From Lepidodermella squamata (lineage: Eukaryota > Animalia > Gastrotricha), in contig JBLDXI010000034.1 of the NCBI GenBank assembly GCA_047495785.1, positions 124,001-188,000 of the forward strand: DNA of 64,000 nucleotides, in the 5' to 3' direction. Under the pieces are notes generated by a model. That model was not told the DNA's origin, ran no database searches, and saw nothing but the letters and a program-made list of their open reading frames with translations. Shown piece by piece: positions 12,920-24,800 of this stretch; position 1 is the first letter of the stretch; each line of letters starts with the position of its first letter. The position numbers were made by a program, and so were the translations under genes.

Positions 12920-14318
12920 CAAAATTGCGCCGAGTCGAAGCCAGGATTTTTGATGACACGCCTGGCTTCGTCGAAATACGGTCTGCAATTCAACCAACGT
13001 CTGCTGCACCTTCGCAATCACGGTGCGGTTGTTCTAACGTCTATAAAACTGGCGGCCAAGGCCGTAAATGCTCTTGTCGAATTCTAAATGCGGCTCGGGT
13101 TCTAATGTTCTAATTGTTGGAACAAATAGATTTGACCTATTTTGGGACATTTTTGTTTTCGCATCTTTTTTAAATACTTATTTGTGAACATTGCTGATGA
13201 AATTTCGACAAAATTGGGTTTGCTACGTTCTGTTTTAGCTCTGCGACAAATTTATTTTATTGCGCGGCGTTGTGATTACAAATGCGCGACTTTTGAAGTG
13301 ATGTGCGCACGGATTACATTTTTCTGCGCGACACCTTAAATTATGTTGCGCGCGTTATTGTTTACTTTGTGCGCTTACTGAATTAAATTGCGCGACGTTT
13401 GGGGTTTCTCTCATTAAAATTTATTGAATTAAAGGTTTTTTAATAATCTGACTGCGCTTTTATAAATTCAATGTTTGCACATATGCATGTTTTTTAGTTG
13501 ATTTGATATTCGTAAAAGTGAAACAGCTCGCCATTGAAAAATGAAAAAAAGATCAAAAAAGCCTTCTGTGTTCGGACACGTTAAGACGTTTTAATCGTAA
13601 AAACAATAAACATGTTATTGCTCTCGTTGTAGACGGCCTCGTCGATAACGGACTAGGAAAAAACGCCGACTTGGTCCGTAGACAAAGCCTTCTTTTTTGA
13701 AGTTAAAAATCAGCTTCTGCTTGAATTAGTCTGAAATTCTCGAGCTATAGTAGATGGGGTAATTGGTTATTCTCCTTAAATGCTTGTATTTTTATCTGAT
13801 TTTTGTCACTTTTGCCAAGCTTTAAATTGTTCGAGATCAGTTTGAGCACTAATTTGCTTATGCTAATACAGGGTTTCAAGAAATTTTAGAATTTTATTCG
13901 AAAAGTTCTGATCATTGTCTAGAGATATTGGAAGGTCCCAAAGCAACATTCCAAGTCACATATAGCACTAGCAATTCATATACTGCCACTTGTTACCGAA
14001 GCCATTAAAATTTCACAATAGAGCCCCCAATTTGAAGAAATTCACGCTGCCTTATTTTCTGGTTAAAATTTAAAACTAATGGCCACATGTATGTGTAAAT
14101 AGCCTTGGTTTTCGTATTTATCCACAACTATAGTTTTTTCGGAATTTATCCTTAAAAATAGCTTACAATTACGAACGATTCTGCTAGGCACTAGGCGTCA
14201 TGATTTCCATACTTTGAAATCATGAATGTTCATGGTTCTTTCATATATAGGTTATCTTATAGATTAATGGTTATTAACTGAGTTTACTACGTTTCCGGTA
14301 TTCCCACCTTGCAATATC

Positions 14319-16534
14319 ATGAAATTACTAGTAACAATGGTGGCTGTGTTAATCGCTGCCAGCAACGTGGTGCGAGGCGGTGATTGGGCGCGTTGTTTCT
14401 CGCAGTTCGATGACTCATTCACCGATTGCCGCGAAGTAACTAACGGCTGCTTTCGTTTGCGTGAATACCAAGTATGAGAGTCAACGCCCCAATTTGCTTT
14501 CAATTTTTACAATTAAATTCTACAGTTTGGAACCGCAGCAGATCAAGCGTCTTGTTTGAAAGCGGTTCGTTATCTTAAATTAAATATCATTTTCTGTAAA
14601 TCCTCATCATCAAAACAGACAGCAAGATTGTGTTACAAATTTGCCACTTACGCAGCGACATGCCGGCCTGGAAATCCTGGTTGCGGAAAAACAACAGAAA
14701 TAATGGTTAATAATCTCATAAGACAAAACAAACCGAATTCAGAATCATTATTCCTGAAGTATTTTTTCTATTTTTTAAGGTCGGAGGCTCTTATAACGGA
14801 GTATATCCATTCCGAGGAAATCTAGCGTCCTGTGCTACTGACTACAACGCTTTCCCAGTAATCATTCCGATTCCTTAAATATGGCGGTAACAATTTTATT
14901 TCTCACAGAGTCGAAACTTCAACGCCTGTGTTGATGGAGCTCAAAAGTTGATCACCTGCGTGCCGAAGGAATTCTCGTGTCCAAGTGGGGTAATATTTTT
15001 GTTTATTTTTCATTTTCATTCTGCTATAAAAAGTCAAATGGCTTGAATTCAGGTAAAATACGCGGAATACTCGGGCTTGGAGACGTGTCTGCGAAGTTTC
15101 GACAGTGAGTTTTTATAAAGCCAGTTTACTCCAATTATAAAGCAATTTTTCCGAATTGTTTTAGGCGACGCTGCTGATTCTATCAAGCCGCACATTCGGT
15201 GTTTCAATGCTGTCACGCGTGAATTCACTGCGTGCCGACTGAGCAGCCGCGGCTGTGGCGCCAATGAAACGAGTGAATTTTCGACGGGTGTCTACAGAAA
15301 CAAAGCCAACTGCTTATCATGGGTAAGTTAAAGGAAACCTATTTGGTTTTAGATATTTTAAACTATTTTTCATTTCTCAAGAATGCTGTTCAGTGCGATG
15401 ATTCGGTCAGCAAGAAATGTTACAATAACTGCCCAGCAGGTGCCACAGTGGTGAGCAGTTGATGAACTAAAATCTACAATTAGCTTCATTCACTTTGAAA
15501 TTAGGTGAAAATATATTCAAACTCGACGAAATTCGCTGATAACCACGCGGCCTGCTTGAAGGACCTGGCGCCAGCGGAATCAGCAAAATCATATTTCCTA
15601 TCCTCCCTCGAAGACGGCAACTTCCGTCAGCAGTTCAAGGCCTGTAAGACTGACGGCGGCCGTCTGGCGACTATTTTTACAGCAGCTGATTTGGCTGCGG
15701 CGATACAGGTTGCGAATTCAACAGCGTTCATCGGGTTGGTGGCGAGTTTCAGGTGGAATGATGATAACAGCGTCATGCAAATGGACTCGCCGTTTTGGGG
15801 ATTTGATACTCCGAATTCCTTTGGCGCATGTGAGTTTGATGACCTATAAAGGAATCTTGTTTATAATTAGTTTCTCCGCATCTGAATATTCCTCAAATTA
15901 ATAAGCTGGATAAAAGTTGAGTAATGAAAAACTCACCAAGTAAAAGTGAAAGGCGGGTTGAGTGTCTATCTATAACAAAATTATGTTTGAGATATAGTTT
16001 ATGTGCCTATGTTTATGTGCAGGTATGGCCATGTCATCCGGTTTCGTAGATACGTATTGTTCGTCATTTCCAAAGTATGGCCTGTGTACTGGTGATGTAA
16101 GCTTTGCCTAACGAACATTAGCAGTCTCAAAATATTTCATTGTTTTCAGACATTAGTGGAGATGGAAATTTCAAATTCAACTGGCTCTTGGGATGAAATG
16201 GCGAAGTATTGCCAAGATCGCGGAAAATCGCTTGCCATAATCAGAGATCAAGCAACATTCGATGCTGCCAAAACGAAACTGGACGGAAGTGCTACCTTCA
16301 TCGGGGCTAAAAAACACAATCTGACTGATTATTCTTGGATTACTGGAGAACCATTCAACAACTCGCAATTCGATTTAGCCGGCGATCCATACGATTCCGT
16401 CCACTGTGAGGCTATAACTGGTTCTTTTATTTATGCTATCTTTTATTTGTTATGTAGGCGTGTCACTTGACTCCGGTATTCTTAAATTAAGAGGCTGCAT
16501 TTCTCCTTCCCATGGCCTATGCGAACGCATTTAA
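14319..16534 (+). CDS. Secreted 5x Cys-repeat + double CTLD protein, paralog 3 (compact, 12 exons, inverted relative to the others)
   Basis: ATG 14319 MKLLVTMVAVLIAASNVVRG-GDWARCFSQFDD; exons about 14319-14471, 14526-14564, 14619-14705, 14780-14857, 14909-14989, 15053-15104, 15165-15322, 15382-15450, 15505-15829, 16023-16096, 16150-16405, 16458-16534 ending GLCERI-TAA. Confidence 0.9.
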
Positions 16535-16939
16535 CGACGTATTGCTGAATCGTTAAACGATTACATGAACAAAGTCATATAACTGAAATTATGAACCTAG
16601 TTATTTGCTATCGATTCATTTACTTTTCTTGAGCTCAATAACAACTCTAATATCTACCTGATACCCACATCTTGCAATAATCCTTCTTATAAATCTTTAT
16701 CATGGAATAAACTTCGTTCATTCTGGGCCAATCAAATGACGCTATTTTACAGTTTTGCATGTTTCCAAATTCGGTTGAAATCAGCCATAATTGAAAACAA
16801 TTCTACATGAGGGTAAGTCGCTAAAATGAAGACAACTATCACTTGATACTCGTCACATTTATTGCGGTAAAACTCGAAAGTAAACTATTTTCTATTTTCA
16901 TCATCGATAATTTTCCGTTTTTTTTAACGCAATATATTA

Positions 16940-18557
16940 TCACACCTGAGAAGGTAACTGCATTTGTGAAACAGATTCAATGAGGTCATAGGTCAAATTT
17001 TCCTGCGAAATCGATTTTTTGCCGAAAATTTGCTCCGGTGATGAGGCGTCATCAAATTCTTCAAACGTCACTCGCTTCGAAATTTCGTCCTTGTTTCGCG
17101 CTTCAACAAGGCTCGACGTAGATTTCGAAATATTTCGAACCAAAATCGCGGCTGATTTTTGCCGATTATCAGCTATTGCCTGCCGTAGTTCGTTGATGAA
17201 CGGCGTCGAGGCGTGGAATGATTTGACGACTTTTCGCCTCGGTTTTCGCGCCGATTGGCGCCGTTTCAATGCCGCGTCGATTTTTTCGATTTCAGACCGT
17301 GATTTTTGGCGTAGTTCCAAATTTTTTGGGAGTAAAACAACGATCCGCTTTATGCCGCAATGAATTAGCAGATTGGCACAGGTTTCACAGGGGCAACATG
17401 TCGAATAATATCTATTATTTAAAATTTCAATTATTTGAAAAAATTCGAGAGTAATTTGAAAATTCAAAATTTCGCATTGAACGGGGAAGATTCGATTTTT
17501 GAATATTTCGAGAAGCATGTTTTGAGGATTATTTTGGATATTCGAAATTTTTGTCTCGAAGTTTCTAAAATTATAAAAAATCAAAATTTTAAATTTTAAA
17601 TTTTCAAATTTTCAAAATAAAGAACGAAATTCGAATTTTATAAAATTTTAACAATTGTTCAAAAATGTTGTTTAATTGTTAAATTTTTTTAAATTTAGGG
17701 AATTCTGAAGATTTAAAAACAGAAAACATTACTTCAATGCAAATTGACATTGAAATATGATTTTCAAAAAATTCAAACATTTTTCAAAATTTTCAAAATT
17801 TGAAAATATTGTGAATTTCACACCTGCATCGTCGCTTGTAGAGTTCAGAGGTGCGAAAAAGCAGGGCTCGTTCCGCTGCTCGGCAACAAGCCGCCTTATT
17901 AAAATTCTCAACCCCAGCATCGCCTCCAACAGCCCGCTCACTCGTACTCGCTGGCTCGCTCCAACCCACTGCGATAATTTTACCATCTCGGCTAACAATG
18001 CAAGATCCGGCCTCATTTTCACCGCCTTTTCTCGCCGAAATAACCGCAATAGCCATGAAATATTCTTTCCAAGAAATGGGTGGAGTCGAACTGGAATCGA
18101 TAGCTCGAGACAAAAAGCAACCCGGTCGGTTTTTTCGGTAATTTTTCACCGCGATTTCCGGATCGTTGTCCTCGAATAAATCCAGGGTAACATCGTCGCT
18201 AATCGGCTGGTAAGTCACGATTTTTGATAATTTCAAATCACACGCCATTTTAGCGCATTCGACCCCTAGCGAAGCCGTGCTGAACAAGGTCAAGCGTGAC
18301 GGGTTTGAAGACGATGACGTCACGGTCGAGTTAATTGCTTGTTTTGAGGAGATATCAGCGATGCCGCGGTATAATAAAGCGATTTGACCTGCTTCTAAAT
18401 TGCCGTCTTCAGGGTCATTGAAGCCGATGCCGATGATGGTTTGAGATGATTCATCGACCAGGCACGCTCCGCTGCGTTTCGACGCGTCGCATCGACTTCG
18501 ACGAGATGCGGCGAAAGCGATTGCCATGAAATAATCGTCCCATGATAAATTAGCCAT
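16940..18557 (-). CDS. Tandem double-domain dCMP deaminase-like protein (DCTD/CDADC1-like), catalytic motifs degenerate
   Basis: Exons 17824-18557 and 16940-17411 join in frame (KRRCR-YYSTCCPCETC). Two DCTD-type starts SWDDYFMAIA and SWKEYFMAIA, each followed by GAC/GSC-[LI]V and IG/VG; PCxxC only in domain 2; charged C-terminal tail. Confidence 0.8.
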
Positions 18558-20006
18558 AAAATATTAGAAAAAATTCTAGAAGCAAAAAAATAATATGAAA
18601 TATTTTAGAAGATCTGTAAATTTTTGGAATTTTGGGACAATATTTGCAAAATATCGGAAAATTTGGTACCATGACCTATAAATTTAAAGTTTAGTGGGTC
18701 AGATATTTAGTCTCAAGGGTTCACGGTCTCAATTCAAACAATTCAAGGAAAAAAAATTAGAAATAATTTCAAGAAAATAACTAACAAATTTTCTGAATAA
18801 ATCCTTGAAGAACAGGATGCAATCATGATTTTTTTGAATTATTAGAAAAATCGAAATCTATTCGAAAATTGTCGGAAATTTTAACAACATCCGGTCACTT
18901 TGTTAGGGACTGAATAATAAGGTGGCTCCAGGTACAAAATATTCGATTTTTTAATATTTTCAAATAATTTTCAGCGGGTGTTACAAGTTACAAGGCAACT
19001 AAGGTTATTACCACCTTAATAATATTTATTTTTAATTTTATATTTGATTCGGAAATATTTTATCAGGAATAAAAACTTTGTTAATAAATTTGAAAAATTA
19101 TTGTTGATGCCTATTACCTATAGCTAGGTGTGTGAAAGATATCTCACAGCACGTAGCTATATTGAGGCGGATCAAGTAGGTATCAAGTATGGCTAATTAC
19201 ACACGCTCGAGTGGACGGAGCGTGTCTGCGCGAAAGCCGCCGGCGGGGCCAAGAGACCGGCCGATATGTGCCCAGAAAAACAAGACAAGTAAATATTATT
19301 ATTGCGGCTTTGTTCATCTGTCGCTGCTGCATTATTCACATTTATTCAATGCCCACCTATCTATGACTATACCTATATATTACTGCGCGCGCTTAGATTC
19401 GATGATGCGCGTCGATAAATTTTTGCGCGGTCATCATGATGCGCGCCTAAAGTGCGTGCACGTGCGCACACAATAAAAAAGCACACACACACACGCAATA
19501 AAAATTGAGGCTCAATAATTATTCGCAATTTTATGAGCGCGGCTTTGAAAAAATTGCGCGATTTTAAAACCTCAAAATGCACACAAAAATACTATAAAAT
19601 TCCAAAAGTGTGAGATAAAAATTAAAAAAAATTAAAATTGAAATTGAAATTTTTTATTAAGACAAGAGTAATAAATTAAAAAATAGATTTACAGGATTTT
19701 TGGTCATGGCCCCTGATTTTTAGAGTATTTCAATTTTTCAACTAAGAATTCACTTTAATCAATTTTTTGGCCCAATCACGATGAACTTATATCTTATCTA
19801 GAATTATTATCAATTTGTGGTTATCAAAGAGCCACAATTTCTGTAATCAAAACAAGCGATAATAGCGAGATAAAAGAGAGACGCGGAAAAGGCCTTGACT
19901 ATTTGTAAGCTAAGTTATTTAATATTATATCAGGAAGTGGAATAAACCACAAAAATAGCTCACAAAGGCTCATGCCTAAAGCCCCTGAAATAACACTTAC
20001 GCTATT

Positions 20007-21362
20007 ATGAAGAATATTTTTTTAACACGTTTGCTGCTCTCAGGTAGATAATTTTTTTTAATTAGAATAATTATAATTCAATTTTGGCATTTAATAATCT
20101 CCACAAGTTTAGGGTCATAATTTCCACCAAAATTTCCAAAATTTAAGAAAATTTGGTTCTACGAAAAATTGTAAAGGTGTGCAGCTGATAAATTCCAGGC
20201 TAAACGCTAGCCTTGGTCACTGTTGGATTTTCCCAAAAAACCTTTTTCGCTTTTGAATTTCAATTTTTCGAATTCTTCCAAAAATTGAAATAAGTAAAAG
20301 CAAAAAGTTTCGAATAATTTTTACAAATGTCCCAAATAGTTGAATTAAGGCGTTTTGATTGGTTATTTTATATTTTCAATAATTTAATTTTTTAAATCAT
20401 GAAAAATATGAGCTTTTCGTTTTAAAATAAATTCGGCATAACCTTTTGATCTATCGATCACTTTTCTAATTTAATTTTTTAAATCATGAAAAATATGAGC
20501 TTTTCGTTTTAAAATAAATTCGGCATAACCTTTTGATCTATCGATCACTTTTCTAATTTTAGCCATCGGCCTCAATTTTCTTGAAGCAGCTAAATGGCCT
20601 CGGCCCGATGCCTTACTCGCCTTTGTGCCTCTCGACTCATTCTCCGAACTCACCGATATCGCCTACAACATCAAACCAAGCGCTGAATACTCGCCAAAAC
20701 TCGTCTCATCCTTCACGGGGCCATTCGACCTGCCCCTGAGCAGCTACTCAGTCAGCCAAAACTGGTCAGCAATAAGCCAGTACCACTTCGAAACCGCGCC
20801 GAAAAGCTTCACAATTGCCTACTACGCCTTTGTGCCTAATCGCGGCAGTGGCGCGTTTTTATCAATGACAATCGGCCAAAAATCGCTGGAAATATTCCAC
20901 GAATGGCCGCGAACTTTGAACGTTTACGGCTCGTTGCGGCTGTTCGAACAAATTTTCAGCGTTGTCGCGTCGAATCAAAATTCTTGGAATTTCATCACTA
21001 TGACTTATGACGATTCGAATCGAAATCTAGCGTTGTACCTTGATTCGCGTTTGCTGGTTTCGCGAAAGCTGGAAGCTGCAATTTTTGAGCTGCGTTCGGA
21101 TGGAGTTTTTCTTGAATTTGGAATGGCGATGCGGAGGCAGGATGAAGTTATTTTCATGCAATCAACGCAAGCTCTGGCTTGTGTCATGTTTTATAACGTG
21201 ACCTTGACCGAACGCGAAATTAGCCTGTTGCCTATGGTTTGCCAGTCGAAAGGCCAGAAGGACCTGCCGAATAGCGGCGCTGGAAAATGGACGGGCAGAC
21301 GTTTGCAATTTATCGAAATTTCACTTTTCACAATTTATTTGCTATTTTCGCGCTCAATTTAA
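20007..21362 (+). CDS. LamG/pentraxin-like (concanavalin A fold) single-domain protein, probably GPI-anchored
   Basis: Exon 1 20007-20043 splices in frame to 20563-21362: MKNIFLTRLLLSAIGLNFLEA signal peptide; SFTIAYY..P, WNFITMTYD, LYLD, C...YNVTLTEREI motifs; C-terminal NSGAG followed by a hydrophobic tail. Confidence 0.75.
20381..20554. repeat. 87-bp tandem duplication in intron
   Basis: aatttaattttttaaatcatgaaaaatatgagc...cgatcacttttct occurs twice, starting 20381 and 20468. Confidence 0.85.
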
Positions 21363-21899
21363 CAAATTTAAGAGTACGATAAAATGTTACATAATTTGGC
21401 GAATAAAACCTTGGTTTGTTTTTTCCAGCTCAATTTTAGTGGATTTTACTTCGGTTATTTATCGGTTTCAGGTTTCAGGCTCATGAAAGAATGATACGTC
21501 CAATACAGACGGCAAGTACCCGGTGTTTCATGTGCGACTAACGCAATCCTTCATCCGGTAGTTTTTAGAAAACAAAACCCGACAAAGAGAGACGCTTTGT
21601 TGGGAAAACGTATATTGAGCCGGTTTGAAAACATCGGTCGAAGTGTGCTGAAACATGTTCTATACATCTTTTATTTATAATCTCCAATTATTCTCCCACT
21701 TTGGGGCGCTTGTTTAGTCTAGTTAAATTAAAGGAGTCTGAGACACGCAATTTGAGAAAAGAAGCTGTGCATAAAAACGTTCACACATATTTTCGGTTGA
21801 ATTGAAGTCGTCATAATGCGGCATCACAGATGTTAGATGATAGAACTGTTACTTAGAACTGTTTTGGAGCGAATAACCAAGAGCAGGGAGCAGACGTGA

Positions 21900-24800
21900 T
21901 TAAGGCCGTTCGCATATGGCTGTTTTGAACAAATAGCACCACGTCGACTTGAGCCCGCTCATATTAACGAGCATACCTGTATTAGGAAACGTGCAGAATA
22001 GTTACATGTCAAGCCTAATAGCCCCATACTCACAGTGTTGCTCGTTGTCAGGAGGCTGGGGAATGCCTAGAAACGTGGCATTAGCCGGTTCGCCTGAAAT
22101 CCAGGAATACGTCACGGGGCTCGCTCGTTTTGCGCCGATGAACAGCAACAAGTCTATGGATGGGACAAGCGCTTTAGCGACGTCAAACATCGCCTGATCC
22201 TTGATAATCGCCAGCGATTTCCCCATGCTAATGCACGCGTTCACCGCGTCATCTCTCGTGCCTTTTGCTGCTGTGCGTACCAAGTTTGATGTCGTCTGAA
22301 AACCAACAATTGTATATCTCGCATCAGACATCAGAAGAATCAACACATATTGTCTTCTACTTACATTTCCGCAAAGACCATAGCGGGCCCTTGTACAAGT
22401 AGAATCACCAATGCCAAACTGCGACAAGGCCATACCTAAGCCGTAGCAAGTGTATAGAAAACCTCAAACAGTAATTTATCACGGTTTCGCTACTTCAACG
22501 CTGTAGGCTAATATTACCTAAATTTGCCTAAAAAAGTTCCACTATTTTCAAACCCTTGTCACTCCATAACCATGGGATTTTCCGGGCTCAAATTTTGACC
22601 CTAAACAGTCAGAACTCATTTCAGTAAGCTCACATAACTCATAGCCAATTCCTCACCGTTAGCGAGCTATTGTTGCTCAAAGTCAAGAAGGGCAAAAATT
22701 GAAAATCTCCCGACGAATTTGCATAAAAGCTTCACTTCTGAACCTCAACATGTGTCTACCTAACGATTTTTCTCTTTTGACCACGTTCTTCAGCGTGCTT
22801 TACAAGTACAATTCCCGAAATTGGTAGCCCGAATCGCCCAAATTGAGCGATTATGCAGTTTAGGTTCAGAAGTGAAGCTTTTTAAAAAATTTAGGGCACC
22901 GTCGAGAGATGTTCTATTTTTGCCTTTTTTGACTTTGAGCAACAATAGCTCGCTAACGGTGAGGAATTGGCTATGAGTTATGTAAGCTTACTGAAATGGG
23001 TTCTGACTGTTTATGGTCAAAATGTGAGCCCGGAAAACCCCATGGATTTGGAATGACAAGGATTTGAAAATAGTGGAAATATTTTAAGCATATTTAGGTA
23101 ACCTTACCCTAGTGGTAAAATGATTCACTATGTTACTCCGGAGACTTCGAAAACTTACATTCACCCGTACTTGTTGGTTGGTTAGGTCCCCACAGCGGCG
23201 AATCGATTATTACAGGACTGCCATCGTCCCATTTGAAATCAGCCACAATCCCAACGTATGATTCTTGCAAGGACAAAAGTTAAGATGTGAAACTCTCGAT
23301 CCTTTTATTACGTTGTCAAAATCTCGAGGTGCAAAGGTCGCGTTCTGCTACGGGTAAACACATCTCTGATTCATTAATTGCAACGTGTGTCTAGAGCAAT
23401 GCATTGACAAGAGTGTCCCTTTTTACTTGTTTTAAGCTTAATAGCAGGCCCTCATCCGATAAGCTTTAGTTGGCGTTAAATTACTGCTTTTTAATTTACT
23501 GCTCCTGTAGCCTGTTGTTCAAATACTGGCGTTAAGTTACCGCCAGTACGTGAACATTTGGATATGGATCGGACACTTATTTTTCGACCGCATTGACTTT
23601 GAACGCCTGACGTCTTATAAACAAGCCTATAGGTTCCTTCTGCCGCGCTGCCAACGATATTCAATCGATAGAGAATCGTCTGACCTTCATCGAGAAGAAA
23701 TTTCAAAATTACAAAATTTATCCCGGGTAAGGACCGCCGCTATCCCTGGCTGGATAACCCAGGTTTCACCAAAATTTGGGCAACTCCTGGACCATTTTTC
23801 ACTCCAACTAACGTAAAAATACCGCCAGCTAAGCTCGCTTCGCTCGATATATTGGGTATATTCAATGAAATATGGTCCGCTAATCGAAAAATCGACTGAA
23901 ACTAAGAATGCAAAAACAAGCGAGCGCTAAAATCACTATCCCCCTCTCAGCGAAAGGTCCATCTTCGACACTGTAAAGGCATTACCTAGCAAACAGCAAA
24001 CAGCTTCTCGTTTTGTTCTTGGTCGTTACATTTACCCGGTTAAAATTTCTGATAAGGTGGACAGCTCACTTTCACCGTGCCACCGCTCACTTTGTATCTC
24101 TAAGTAGGATACTTCATGATACAAAAATGTCGGCATGGTGGGATTTTTGGAAACGATAGAGCGAGAAAAGCTCTCTGTGACGCATATAATGAGAAAGAAA
24201 TAAAGAATGACCGATTTCAAGATATCGCCTTCAAAAATATGCAAATTTACATGTAAACGTGCTATCCAAGGTCGTGGGAAAAGTCGGCATTTAGAATTAA
24301 GGAGGGGTTTTTCACTTATTTTTTGTTACAATTTCGCATTTCGCATTGCGAGTGCGCACTCTGATCACTACGCTCTCTATGCTCTCTATTAGAGTATCGA
24401 GAACTTTACATCCTTAACTTTTTCCGTACCATCTTGGGAGCCAGCCATCTGCGAGACCACAGCAAAGTCTTCTGGCGTGGAGAATGTTGCCAGGCGCCCA
24501 CCCGCATTTTTACAAGAAAGTCTTTGGTCATAAAATGCTGCTGCTCCAACCGGAGAAATGAAGTACTTGGGGGGTTTCATCGCATCAGCCAAGCAGCTTG
24601 CGTAGTTATCAGCAAATAATGTCGAGTTTGAGTATATTTTCATCTTATAATTTAGAAGCAGCACAGTAAAGATGCCGTTCAATTCATGTTTGTTACCTGG
24701 GTGGAACCATTCGGGCAGATATTGTAACACTTCTTTCCATTAGGCGTGTTGCACTGAACAGCATTCTAGAGAAAAATTACATTGATTCCAAAGCGCAATT

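Noticed and set aside
12689-13113. Overlapping ORFs with ERERER
   Set aside because: Produced by a GA microsatellite; no protein motifs.
17019-18179. Plus-strand ORFs over the deaminase gene
   Set aside because: Antisense shadows of a real CDS; the same applies to ORFs opposite the CTLD exons.
16940-18557. AID/APOBEC-like mutator for the lectin cluster
   Set aside because: Motifs are DCTD-type and the zinc-binding His is missing; no sequence evidence for DNA editing.
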